A stretch of 42,481 nt of DNA. It comes from Alphaproteobacteria bacterium (GTDB lineage Bacteria; Pseudomonadota; Alphaproteobacteria; Caedimonadales; UBA9215). A program made the position numbers and the translations under genes. The stretch is taken from positions 1 through 42,481 of the forward strand of contig JAJRPZ010000068.1 of NCBI GenBank assembly GCA_024280495.1, in the 5' to 3' direction. How positions within the stretch are numbered: position 1 is the first letter of the stretch; every line of letters starts with the position of its first letter. This document shows positions 25,902 to 35,406 of this stretch, piece by piece. The notes beneath the pieces were generated by a model. It was not told where the DNA came from, did not search any database, and worked only from the letters and a program-made list of their open reading frames with translations.

Positions 25902-27938
25902 TTGACTGAAATTGGCATGCAAATAAGTGACTTACATCGTGATGGGGTTGATGGTCGTTTGAAAATGAGCACAAAAGTCGGGTCCTTAAATTCTGCCCCT
26001 ATGATTGAGGCGGAACAAATTGCTGGTGATGAACGTCTTAAACCTCACAAAGATAAAATTGACATTAAGAACAAAGAGGCTGCAGCTCTTGCCGAACTAA
26101 AAAAAAGTACTGAAAGTTTTCAAAAGTCATTGCTTTATTTACAAAACGGCGTTACTGGACAAGAAGGTATTTTTGATTATGTAGAACCAACTTATTCTGG
26201 CTTAAACAATCAAAGTGCCTCAACATATTTTTCAATCGAAGCAAAATTAGGGGCTCATGAGCAAACTTTTGATCTAAATATTGTTAAACTAGCCGAATTA
26301 GACAGCGAAAAAGGAGCGGTAAATTTTACCGACTTGGAAAATCCTGCAGGTTTCATTGGTGCAGTTACATTTAATAATGTTAAGGAAACTGAACCCCCAA
26401 TAGAAATAATATTCGATGGTACGGAGACACCCCAAGGTATTGTTAATAAATTTAATAATGTTCAAAATGATATTGGTGTTTGGGCAAAATTAACGCCAGG
26501 GGGAACATTATCTATTACCTCCCTAACTCTTGCAACGCCTATTGCTTTTGATGCAATTATCACTTCAGGAAACGGGAATTTCCTCCCTGAATCTCGCACG
26601 AGAGTTAGTGCTGGAACCGTTGTGCCTGATGCAAATATAACCCCTCTTTCAGTTGTTGGATCACTAACATTTAAAGACCTAATTCAGGGAAATCCTGATA
26701 AAATAGTTTCATTTAATGGGGCAGAAACTGCAACGGATATTATTGATGCTATTAACTTAGAAACTAATAATACTGGTATTTTTGCAACCCTCGAAAATAA
26801 TAAAATTGTCTTTACTTCTACCGATAACAAATCACCTCCAGAATTTAAATCAACTTTAACTAGTAATGAAAATCTTATTCCTGAAACGTCTACGCACACA
26901 GTGCAGAGCAAACAGGCGGCCTTTGAGTATGATGGTGAACTAATTTATTCTAGTAGAAATGATGAAATAAGCACTATTCCCGATATTGATAAGCTCACTC
27001 TTCATGCCCCTACCCCAAATACCATAGGCATTACCCTTAAACTTTCTGACGAAAAACGCGTCGAAGCTATGGAGGATTTTATAACAGAATTCAATGCCAT
27101 GAAAACAATAACCCATAAATATACGACCATGGACATTGATTCCCTTGATATGACTGATGAGGAGAAGAAAGAGTTTAAAACGGCCCTTTTACGTCGCAAT
27201 CAGAGCACGACTGAAATGCAAACAATACTCACTGGCATGACAACAAAAATGGTCAATGGCATGTCTTTGTCGCGCATGGGGATAATTCCTGGTAAAGGCG
27301 GAATGCTAGAACTTGATACGCCAACGTTCTTAACGGCTCTCCATAACAATCCCTTGGGTGTTAAAGCATTTTTTGGATATGGTGAAACTTCTTCCGATGC
27401 CCTTTTGTCAACAAGTATACACCCAAATAGAATACCGTCAGTACTTATTGAAAAAGATATCTTTATTGATATATATAAAGGTCTGGATGGTATTTACGTT
27501 GCGACATTGGACTATGATGGTAATACGGAAGCACCCATTATCCTTGAGGTTACTGAAGAAGCAGGACGTTTTTTAAATTTAAAAGCTCCAGAAAACAGTA
27601 TTATTGAAGGTTTCACCTTTTTTTATGGAAAAACCTTAGGGGACGGAGAAGTCATAACAACAGGCATTATGCAATTTACACAAGGAATTGCAGAAATAAA
27701 CATCAATAAAATTCGAAGCGCCCTTGGAGAGAATGGAACTTTTGATAAGTCCCTTAAACTCATTGATCATACGAAGGTCGATTTAGAAACTCGAATTGAA
27801 CGCATAGATAAATTAAATGCAAAAAAGAAATCTCAACTCGAAGAAGAAATACGCTTTAAAACCATGATAATTCAACAAATTGAAAACAATATTCGTCAAA
27901 TGCGTGAAATGAACAAAGCCCTTATGGCGAGTGCATAA
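25902..27938 (+). CDS. fliD: flagellar filament capping protein FliD (hook-associated protein 2) with a duplicated central domain
   Basis: 678 aa. N-terminal coiled coil (ERLKPHKDKIDIKNKEAAALAELKKSTESFQKSL). FliD_C-like EDFITEFNAMK ... LSRMGIIPGKGGMLELDTPTFLTALHNNPLGVKAFF ... and a terminal heptad region. TTG 25902 has a purine-rich SD; ATG 25917 is an alternative start. Confidence 0.82.
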   Translation: MTEIGMQISDLHRDGVDGRLKMSTKVGSLNSAPMIEAEQIAGDERLKPHKDKIDIKNKEAAALAELKKSTESFQKSLLYLQNGVTGQEGIFDYVEPTYSGLNNQSASTYFSIEAKLGAHEQTFDLNIVKLAELDSEKGAVNFTDLENPAGFIGAVTFNNVKETEPPIEIIFDGTETPQGIVNKFNNVQNDIGVWAKLTPGGTLSITSLTLATPIAFDAIITSGNGNFLPESRTRVSAGTVVPDANITPLSVVGSLTFKDLIQGNPDKIVSFNGAETATDIIDAINLETNNTGIFATLENNKIVFTSTDNKSPPEFKSTLTSNENLIPETSTHTVQSKQAAFEYDGELIYSSRNDEISTIPDIDKLTLHAPTPNTIGITLKLSDEKRVEAMEDFITEFNAMKTITHKYTTMDIDSLDMTDEEKKEFKTALLRRNQSTTEMQTILTGMTTKMVNGMSLSRMGIIPGKGGMLELDTPTFLTALHNNPLGVKAFFGYGETSSDALLSTSIHPNRIPSVLIEKDIFIDIYKGLDGIYVATLDYDGNTEAPIILEVTEEAGRFLNLKAPENSIIEGFTFFYGKTLGDGEVITTGIMQFTQGIAEININKIRSALGENGTFDKSLKLIDHTKVDLETRIERIDKLNAKKKSQLEEEIRFKTMIIQQIENNIRQMREMNKALMASA

Positions 27939-27959
27939 TAGAAAAAACAGGAGATCCCC

Positions 27960-28478
27960 ATGTCAGGTAACCTTTATCAAAAAACTTACAATGCCATTAA
28001 AAAAAACAACCCTACCTTTAATAATAATGATGAAACTCTGGCCTTTTGTTTTAAGGGAGCTGGGAAATATATGAAAAAAATCAGCATCTCCCTTCAAGAA
28101 GGTCGCTTCGAAGACCGCGCAAATCTCAGCAATACACTTATTATGATCCTAAGTAGTATATCCAGTGTTGCCGATCAACTCCCCCTTGAAGATCGACAAA
28201 AGGTAAAACCCATCCGTGATTTCTGTGAAATCATCTTGCAATTGGTAACACGTGTTAATTTGACAAACAGTGAAACGTTAGCAGAAAATATCACAAAAAG
28301 TCTATTTGATATGGGGCATTATTGGGAAAATAGCGCAAAGGAAAATAATGCGGACCATATATCAAGCATAGTAAATGCTGCAACATCCATGGATATGCTC
28401 CCCTCTCAAAATATCCCTACTAAAAAAAGTCCTTACCCGTCTCAAATGAAGAATCAATCCATCAGCATAAGCGGGTGA
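27960..28478 (+). CDS. fliS: flagellar export chaperone FliS-like protein
   Basis: 172 aa. AGGAG RBS. Lies directly downstream of fliD. The helical pattern ..LAFCFKGAGKYMKKISISLQEGRFEDRANLSNTLIMILSSI...FCEIILQLVTRVN.. follows the FliS four-helix bundle consensus. Longer than typical FliS. Confidence 0.65.
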   Translation: MSGNLYQKTYNAIKKNNPTFNNNDETLAFCFKGAGKYMKKISISLQEGRFEDRANLSNTLIMILSSISSVADQLPLEDRQKVKPIRDFCEIILQLVTRVNLTNSETLAENITKSLFDMGHYWENSAKENNADHISSIVNAATSMDMLPSQNIPTKKSPYPSQMKNQSISISG

Positions 28479-28480
28479 CG

Positions 28481-30412
28481 CTATGCTGTTTGAAGAAGCG
28501 CCTTTTTAACTTCCGGGCCTTCTTCTAAAAGCTGGTGAGTTGATTTATTAAAATCAGTTCCAATGGGCTCTGCCCTCCCCCCAAGATGCTCTTGCAGGAA
28601 AAGTTCCGTTAAAGCATAAAAACTCATCTTATTTTCAGGGCGCGCAAACCCATGTCCTTCATCGGGATACAATACATAAGTTACAGGAATATTTCTAGCT
28701 TTCAGAGCCGAAGCAAATTGATCAGATTCAGCTTGTTTCACTCGAGGATCATTGGCACCTTGGGCAATTAATAATGGTTTTTTAATTTGATCGGCTTTAT
28801 GGATAGGAGACCTGCTTTCAAGGTTATTTAAACCTTCTTTGGAGTCCAAATGACCACCAACACGGCGTTTTAGCATATCCAAAATAGGTTTCCAATAGGC
28901 GGGCACCGTTTCCATAAGTGTTTTCAAATTAGAGGGTCCCACTATATCAACGCCACAAGCAAAAACATCAGGGGTATAGGTTAGGCCAACAAGAGTTGCA
29001 TATCCGCCATAACTGCCACCATAAATACAAATTTGATCCTTTGTGGTAATCCCTTCATCAAGGGACCAATTAACTGCATCCAATAAATCATCATGCATTT
29101 TTCGAGACCATTCGCCGTCTCCTGCATTAGTAAATACTTTTCCAATGCCCGTAGAGCCCCTATAGTTTACTGATAAAACAGCATACCCTCGATTGGCAAG
29201 CCATTGGGTTGCTGCATTATATCCCCAATGATCACGAGCTTGCGGTCCACCATGAACCATCAAAATCAGTGGAACAGGGTTGCTCTTTGTAAAACCAACT
29301 GGTTTTGTGCAATAGCAAGGCATCTCGAGGCCATCACGGGTGGTAATAATAACGGGCTCCATGGGGGCAAGCTCAAGATTTTCAAGGCTTTTTTGCGAGG
29401 TAAAAAGTTTTTGAATATTTCGTATAGCACGCTCATAAAGGTAATAAATTGCAGGACCTTGGTCTTGATGACTTACAACAATCCATCTTTTGTCATCCTG
29501 GGTTCGACTAATAATCTCAATGTCCTCCCCCCCGCATTCCATCTTTAAAAGACGCATTTCATCATGAATGTGACGATCCATATAGCGCCACTCTTTTTTC
29601 AGATATGTCGAGGTCCACCCTTCAAATTCTTTTGTTTCAGGGGTCAATAAAACATCGGTAATATCAGCCTTAGGACATTCTGCCAGCAAAGTTTTAGCTT
29701 GAGTATCAATATCAACCTTGTAGAAAGCCGTTGTGTTACGTCCCCGACTGTCCAGTTGAAAAAGCGAATTTCCATCCTTTGAAAAACCAATGGGATTAGT
29801 ACCAAGAGCATCCTCGTACGGCACATGATCAAATTTAGAGAAAGACCCTTTTTCATGCTTGTCCAGCTGAGTTGACCCATCTGACAGAATTCTCACACCA
29901 AAACGCAAATTAAATTTGTCATCAAACAATAAGCCAACAAATTCGTTATTTTCAAAGAGAACGTCACATTCTCCTGTTTCAATCGTCACCAAATGTGCAT
30001 CGTGGAATTCTGGCACCCGGCTATTTACAGAGATAATAACTTTATGTGGATTTTCAGGTGATACCATTGATAAACGAGCAGAAACATACTTATATGGCGT
30101 TAAGTCCACATCCTTTTCCGTCGCGATATCAACACTATGCACATGCCAATTCTCATCTCCTTCGTTGTCTTTGGAATAAAGAATATGAGAATTTGTATGG
30201 GCCCATGAAAAAGAGGCCAAGCCTCGAGAGGATTCCTTCGTAAGGACCCTTGCCTGATTTAAATCCATGGACGGCGCCACCCAGATATTCATCACACCTT
30301 TATAGGGCGCTATATAAGCAATATGTTTTCCATCAGGTGATAACCGTACGCACACATGGTCTGGATTAGAAAAAAATATTTTTCTGGAAATAAGAGGGGT
30401 AGAAGAAGTCAT
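28481..30412 (-). CDS. S9 family serine peptidase (prolyl oligopeptidase / dipeptidyl aminopeptidase-like): beta-propeller plus alpha/beta hydrolase domain
   Basis: 643 aa. ICIYGGSYGGYATL nucleophile motif (G-x-S-x-G-G), later Asp (GANDPRV) and His (DEGHGF). Confidence 0.88.
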   Translation of the reverse strand: MTSSTPLISRKIFFSNPDHVCVRLSPDGKHIAYIAPYKGVMNIWVAPSMDLNQARVLTKESSRGLASFSWAHTNSHILYSKDNEGDENWHVHSVDIATEKDVDLTPYKYVSARLSMVSPENPHKVIISVNSRVPEFHDAHLVTIETGECDVLFENNEFVGLLFDDKFNLRFGVRILSDGSTQLDKHEKGSFSKFDHVPYEDALGTNPIGFSKDGNSLFQLDSRGRNTTAFYKVDIDTQAKTLLAECPKADITDVLLTPETKEFEGWTSTYLKKEWRYMDRHIHDEMRLLKMECGGEDIEIISRTQDDKRWIVVSHQDQGPAIYYLYERAIRNIQKLFTSQKSLENLELAPMEPVIITTRDGLEMPCYCTKPVGFTKSNPVPLILMVHGGPQARDHWGYNAATQWLANRGYAVLSVNYRGSTGIGKVFTNAGDGEWSRKMHDDLLDAVNWSLDEGITTKDQICIYGGSYGGYATLVGLTYTPDVFACGVDIVGPSNLKTLMETVPAYWKPILDMLKRRVGGHLDSKEGLNNLESRSPIHKADQIKKPLLIAQGANDPRVKQAESDQFASALKARNIPVTYVLYPDEGHGFARPENKMSFYALTELFLQEHLGGRAEPIGTDFNKSTHQLLEEGPEVKKALLQTA

Positions 30413-30478
30413 AAGGATTTCCTTTAAAAAAGAATATATATTTAGAATAACTCTGTTTTAGAATTTTTAAAAGACGCC

Positions 30479-31702
30479 TTATTTTAAAACAGTAATGACT
30501 TTTTTATCTCCCATAAGTGTTTTGTGAACGGGGCATTTATCTGCAATCTCAAGAAGCTTGCTGCGTTGACCTAATTCTAAATTTCCTTCCAAAATAATAG
30601 TGCGGTTAATAACATCAACCTTACCTATTTCGGATTCACAATTAGTGCAATCTTTAGCATAAATACGATTATGAGAAAGCTCTACAGTGATTTTATCAAG
30701 GCTAAAACCTTTATGTTGCGCATACATACGTAGGGTCATAGAGGTACAAGCCCCTAAACCTGCCAACAAATAAGCATAAGGATCAGGACCAAGATCCTTA
30801 CCACCTGGGACATTTTTAGGTTCATCGGCACGCAATATATGATTACCTGCATAAACACGTTGCGTAAGCATACCTTCATTGGTTTCCATAACCACGACAC
30901 CCTCAACGGCTTGATGTTTATCATCTTCCTGGCAATCAAAATGGATATAACGGCTGGCCCAGGCTTCAATACTAGAAGCTATATATTTTGCATCTTCATT
31001 ATTCATGATCAAGTGATCAGCAGAATCAAGGGAAATAAAACTTTTAGGATGTTGAGCCAACGCGAAAATATTGCTGGCATTTTTAATATTCACCGTTTCA
31101 TCATGGGGGGCATGAAAAACAAGAACTGCTGCACTCAATTCTTTAAAAACCTCATTCATGTCATAGGATTTTAAATCATCTAAGAAATGTTTTTTTATTT
31201 TGAGGGAGCGTCCGCTGACCTCAACATCCGCTTCTCCGTTCCACATGATTTGCTCTTCTGCCCCTGCCATATGACGTGCCACATGCTTTGGATGACAAGG
31301 AGAATTAATAGTGGAGACGGCTTTAATTGACGTTAACTTACTGGCTGCCACGAGGGCAGCAGCGCCTCCCAAACTGTGACCAATCATTATTTCTGGCGCC
31401 TGATAATGGGTTTCAAGATACTCTGCCGCGCATAAAAGATCCGTTACATTGGTTGTAAAGTTTGTATCAATAAAATCCCCCTCACTATCACCAAGGCCTG
31501 CAAAATCAAAGCGCAATGCTGCAATGCCACGTTCCGAGAGGTTTTGGCAGATATTACGAGCAGCCTTAATATCTTTTGAACAAGTAAAACAATGGGCATA
31601 CACAGCAAATGCCTTAGTGTGGCCCGCAGGAATATGCAAACGCCCACTGAGCGTAAGACCTTCTTTATTTTCAAAGGATATTTTTAAAAGTTGCGCTGAC
31701 AA
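30479..31702 (-). CDS. bifunctional alpha/beta hydrolase / OsmC family protein
   Basis: 407 aa. N-terminal hydrolase with GHSLGGAA. C-terminal OsmC-like GPDPYAYLLAGLGACTSMTLRMYAQHKG ... CPVHKTL. TTG start lies 1 nt after the upstream gene's TGA. Confidence 0.82.
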   Translation of the reverse strand: MSAQLLKISFENKEGLTLSGRLHIPAGHTKAFAVYAHCFTCSKDIKAARNICQNLSERGIAALRFDFAGLGDSEGDFIDTNFTTNVTDLLCAAEYLETHYQAPEIMIGHSLGGAAALVAASKLTSIKAVSTINSPCHPKHVARHMAGAEEQIMWNGEADVEVSGRSLKIKKHFLDDLKSYDMNEVFKELSAAVLVFHAPHDETVNIKNASNIFALAQHPKSFISLDSADHLIMNNEDAKYIASSIEAWASRYIHFDCQEDDKHQAVEGVVVMETNEGMLTQRVYAGNHILRADEPKNVPGGKDLGPDPYAYLLAGLGACTSMTLRMYAQHKGFSLDKITVELSHNRIYAKDCTNCESEIGKVDVINRTIILEGNLELGQRSKLLEIADKCPVHKTLMGDKKVITVLK

Positions 31703-31703
31703 A

Positions 31704-32264
31704 TCATTTCTCCAAAATCAAGATTTTACGGCATTTTTGCCTTAATATTCTTGATTCATTTTTCATTAATTTCTGACCATTAAAGGCAATATTCCCACTT
31801 TTTAACTCATAATCCATAAATCCCAAAGGAATTTCGTCAACAAATTGAGATGAAAAAGAACCATCTGCGGCGGTAGTTGCTCTGATACGACGTCCCGTAA
31901 AACGAGATATTTTTGAATAACCAATGGGAATACGTATGTTTTCAGGAAGTTTTATGGGGCTTGGGTTTAAATCTACCCCTGCGACTGCATTACCATTTAC
32001 GTCAATTTTTGGCACATAAGAGACATTAGGATTTTGAGGACAGTCCGCCAAAATTGCCCGGCAAATCTCTGGTGTCAATATAAACGAGACTTCTTTTAAA
32101 TCAAAGGAAACTTTATAGGCTTTTTTATTAATAACATTTAAATTTTTGACGGTAGTTTTTATATTACTGGATACTTTATCTACCCTTAATGCATCATTAC
32201 AGGATGCCATAATCACAGGCGGACTTAAAAAATAAAATAAAAAACATACAATTAAAGACATCAT
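31704..32264 (-). CDS. hypothetical lipoprotein
   Basis: 186 aa. Hydrophobic leader ending in the lipobox-like VIMAS-C. No recognisable domain. Apparently translationally coupled to the downstream hydrolase/OsmC gene. Confidence 0.55.
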   Translation of the reverse strand: MMSLIVCFLFYFLSPPVIMASCNDALRVDKVSSNIKTTVKNLNVINKKAYKVSFDLKEVSFILTPEICRAILADCPQNPNVSYVPKIDVNGNAVAGVDLNPSPIKLPENIRIPIGYSKISRFTGRRIRATTAADGSFSSQFVDEIPLGFMDYELKSGNIAFNGQKLMKNESRILRQKCRKILILEK

Positions 32265-32574
32265 CGTTTCATGATAACTCTAAAATATAACTAAACTCTT
32301 AATAAAATCCTCAATAAAAAAATGACGATGATTAATGAAATTCACGATCAAAATTAACGTTTTTAAAACCATTATTGAGTAGAATAAAGATAGAAGGTGA
32401 TCAGAAGGGACTCTGATGATAATAGGCCTCTCCAAGAGGATGATATAGTTGATTAGTTTTCTGTTTAAGAGCGCAACAACAAGTTGTAAACGTAAAAATG
32501 ATTATCTATAAGGCGCAATAATAAGAATAATCGCCTATTCCTATTACTAGTAATTAAGAAGAGGGAAACGTGAT

Positions 32575-32799
32575 ATGAAAGAGGAATACAAAAACGTCAT
32601 TATAGATCCTGCATCCTATTTTACATCTCCATTTGATATTTTATCTACCAATGATTTTGATGCGAAACAAAAGAAAAAAATCCTACAAGCCTGGCAATTG
32701 GATATCACTCTCCTCCATGTTTGTGATGCTGAAAATATGTCCAATAATCAAGATAGCACTATGTTAAGTCGTATCAATCAAGCCTTAACAAGTCTTTAA
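32575..32799 (+). CDS. small acidic hypothetical protein (74 aa)
   Basis: Good RBS (AGAGGGA 8 nt upstream). Preceded by a 310-bp AT-rich spacer. No named family recognised. Confidence 0.5.
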   Translation: MKEEYKNVIIDPASYFTSPFDILSTNDFDAKQKKKILQAWQLDITLLHVCDAENMSNNQDSTMLSRINQALTSL

Positions 32800-32870
32800 A
32801 AAAACTCGATAATTCTTGACCCTTTTTCCAGTAAGCGGTATCACTTTTAATAATAATTAAGGTATACCCC

Positions 32871-33869
32871 ATGACATTTTTTTCTTCTGATCAAGACTAT
32901 TTCCGACCTGCTTTTGTTTTTCCTGGCCAGGGCTCTCAATATATTGGCATGGGACAAGACCTTCACAATGCCTTTCAATCGGCCAAGGACGTTTTTCAAG
33001 AGGTGGATGAAACCCTCAAACAAAACCTCTCAGATCTTATGTTTTCAGGGGATGAAACCGATTTAAAACTCACAGAAAACACTCAACCAGCTTTGATGGC
33101 TGTCAGCATGGCCGTTGTTCGTGTCCTTGAAAAGGAATTTGGTTTTACCTTAAAGGATCACGCTTCTTTTGTTGCGGGTCATTCCCTTGGGGAATATGCA
33201 GCCCTTTGTGCAACGGGCGTTTATGATTTATCTGCAACAGCGCGTCTTCTCCAAGAACGTGGTCGTGCCATGCAGCGCGCAGTGCCCCTTGGTGCTGGAG
33301 GAATGGCAGCTCTTATTGGTGCCAGCATGACAGAGGTAGAAGACCTCACAAAACGTGTGAAAGAAAAACATAAAAACACTTCCCTCATTTGCGAGGTGGC
33401 CAATGACAACGCTCCTGGACAAATCGTTATCAGCGGACATCTTGAAGCCATTGACACAGCCATAAAAATTGCAAAAGAAATGGGGATCAAGCGTGCTATC
33501 CCTCTTCCTGTCAGTGCGCCATTTCATTCGTCATTGATGGAATCAGCTGCCGTTGAGATGAAAACGGCTCTTTGCAAAGAAACCATTCAATGCCTCCCCA
33601 ATATCCCTTTGATTTCTAATGTGACTGCTACCCCTATTAATGAGGAATCCCAAATCGAACCTCGCCTCATTGAACAAATAACGGGTCGTGTTCGCTGGGT
33701 TGACAGCATTAATTATATCCTGGAGCATGAAACCACCCATATCATTGAGCTCGGATCTGGGAAGGTTCTATCTGGCCTTATGAAGCGTATTCAAAAAAAT
33801 ATACCCTCTCTCAGCCTTGAAAAACCAAAAGATATCGAAGATTTTTGTACTGAAATCACAAAAAAATAA
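32871..33869 (+). CDS. fabD: malonyl CoA-ACP transacylase
   Basis: FVFPGQGSQYIGMG, GHSLGEYAAL, and VSAPFHSSLM regions. Confidence 0.93.
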   Translation: MTFFSSDQDYFRPAFVFPGQGSQYIGMGQDLHNAFQSAKDVFQEVDETLKQNLSDLMFSGDETDLKLTENTQPALMAVSMAVVRVLEKEFGFTLKDHASFVAGHSLGEYAALCATGVYDLSATARLLQERGRAMQRAVPLGAGGMAALIGASMTEVEDLTKRVKEKHKNTSLICEVANDNAPGQIVISGHLEAIDTAIKIAKEMGIKRAIPLPVSAPFHSSLMESAAVEMKTALCKETIQCLPNIPLISNVTATPINEESQIEPRLIEQITGRVRWVDSINYILEHETTHIIELGSGKVLSGLMKRIQKNIPSLSLEKPKDIEDFCTEITKK

Positions 33870-33880
33870 GGACTGCTAAT

Positions 33881-34639
33881 ATGACATCACTTTTCAATTT
33901 AAATGGTAAAATTGCCCTTGTAACGGGTGCCACTGGTAGTCTTGGAGCAGAAATTGCAAAAACTCTCCATTCTCAAGGGGCAACAGTTGTGTTAACAGGG
34001 CGCCGCGTTGACGTTCTTAAAAAACTTGCAAATAATTTCAATGAAAAGCGCGCTAATAGTGCCCACGCCATGGTATCAGATCTTGGCGAGCTCAATGCTG
34101 CAAAGGAACTTATCGAAAAAATCATAACGGATATTGGCAGGGTTGATATACTTGTAAATAACGCAGGTCTTACACGTGATAACTTGGCATTACGCATGAA
34201 AGACGAAGATTTTGATACGGTTTTGAACGTCAATCTCAAGGCACCCTTTCAACTTTCACGGGCATGCCTTAAAGGTATGATGAAAGCACGCTGGGGGCGC
34301 ATCATTAACATTTCGTCCGTTGTGGGTGTTACTGGGAATCCTGGCCAAGCAAACTATTGCGCCAGTAAAGCTGGTATTATAGGTATGACAAAATCATTGG
34401 CTCAAGAATTAGCGCCTCGCAATATAACCGTGAATGCTGTCGCCCCTGGCTTTATTGAATCGGAAATGACTCAAGTTTTACCAGAAGCACAAAAAGAGGC
34501 TCTCGTCGGGCAAATCCCTTTAAAACGCATGGGTACAGCAACAGACATTGCCAATGCAGTTCTATATTTGGCTGCCGATGAATCAGCTTATGTAACGGGT
34601 CAAACCCTGCATGTTAATGGCGGTATGGCTATGATTTAA
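33881..34639 (+). CDS. fabG: 3-oxoacyl-ACP reductase FabG
   Basis: ALVTGATGSLG, NNAG, and SSVVG...YCASKAG (Ser ... Tyr-x3-Lys). Canonical position after fabD. Confidence 0.93.
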   Translation: MTSLFNLNGKIALVTGATGSLGAEIAKTLHSQGATVVLTGRRVDVLKKLANNFNEKRANSAHAMVSDLGELNAAKELIEKIITDIGRVDILVNNAGLTRDNLALRMKDEDFDTVLNVNLKAPFQLSRACLKGMMKARWGRIINISSVVGVTGNPGQANYCASKAGIIGMTKSLAQELAPRNITVNAVAPGFIESEMTQVLPEAQKEALVGQIPLKRMGTATDIANAVLYLAADESAYVTGQTLHVNGGMAMI

Positions 34640-34656
34640 GGCCCTAAAATACCTTC

Positions 34657-34685
34657 TTGATTTTATGGGAATTGACTGCTAGAAA
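34657..34685 (+). promoter_or_regulatory. candidate sigma-70 promoter for tRNA-Val (TTGATT-17 nt-TAGAAA)
   Basis: TTGATT at 34657-34662, a 17-nt spacer, TAGAAA at 34680-34685. It shares GCTAGAAATA with the tRNA-His promoter candidate. About 15 nt upstream of the tRNA. Confidence 0.4.
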
Positions 34686-34699
34686 TAAACATAAGAAAT

Positions 34700-34774
34700 G
34701 GGTGCGTAGCTCAGCGGGAGAGCACCACATTGACATTGTGGGGGTCGCTGGTTCAATCCCAGCCGTACCCACCA
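34700..34774 (+). tRNA. tRNA-Val (anticodon GAC), encoded CCA
   Basis: Acceptor GGGTGCG/CGTACCC, D arm GCTC..GAGC, anticodon stem CCACA/TGTGG with loop TTGACAT, T arm GCTGG-TTCAATC-CCAGC, discriminator A, CCA at 34772-34774. Confidence 0.93.
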
Positions 34775-34779
34775 TTTCT

Positions 34780-35376
34780 TTACTTTATCTTGACGACGTA
34801 TGGAATCTTTTTAGAATGATTATATTTCCAGCATCCCATTAGGTGATCATTGACCATGCCGACGGCCTGCATATAAGCGTACATAATAGTGGGGCCAACA
34901 AACTTCATACCGCGTTTCTTGAGATCTTTTGAGAGCGCGCGGCTAATGTCCGTTTCCGTTGGTAATTCCGCATAAGTTTCACATTTATTTTTTGCTGGCG
35001 GTGTTGTCACATAAGCCCATAGGTAATTATTAAAGCTATCAAACTCTTTCTGGATTTTTAAAAAGGCCATGGAGTTTTTCCGAGTAGCATAAATTTTTAA
35101 GCGGTTGCGAATAATTTCTGAGTTCTCAGTTAAAGCATCAAGTTCATCATCACTCATATTTACGATTTGTTGAGGGTTAAAGTTATAAAAAGCTTTTTTG
35201 TATCCTTCTCGTTTTTTAAGAATGGTTTCCCAGCTGAGACCTGCTTGTGCGCCTTCAAGAATAAGGAGCTCAAAAAGCGCTCTATCATCATGCTGGGGGA
35301 TGCCCCACTCATGATCATGGTAATGAGCATAAAACTCTTGGCCAGGTTTGTTCCCAAAACATCTATTTCTGGTCAT
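34780..35376 (-). CDS. tag: DNA-3-methyladenine glycosylase I
   Basis: YHDHEWGIPQHDDRALFELLILEGAQAGLSWETILKKREGYKKAF is a near-consensus Tag N-terminus. 198 aa. Confidence 0.92.
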   Translation of the reverse strand: MTRNRCFGNKPGQEFYAHYHDHEWGIPQHDDRALFELLILEGAQAGLSWETILKKREGYKKAFYNFNPQQIVNMSDDELDALTENSEIIRNRLKIYATRKNSMAFLKIQKEFDSFNNYLWAYVTTPPAKNKCETYAELPTETDISRALSKDLKKRGMKFVGPTIMYAYMQAVGMVNDHLMGCWKYNHSKKIPYVVKIK

Positions 35377-35406
35377 GAAAATTTTTCCTTTTCATTATAT
35401 TATTGC

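Noticed and set aside
25759-25974. Two overlapping minus-strand ORFs (61 and 71 aa) in the ampG-fliD spacer
   Set aside because: They overlap the sigma-54 promoter and the fliD 5' end and have AT-rich, low-complexity translations. They are most likely non-coding regulatory DNA.
34657-34842. 61-aa ORF on the plus strand
   Set aside because: It reads straight through tRNA-Val (34700-34774) and into the 3' end of tag. It is an artefact of the tRNA gene.
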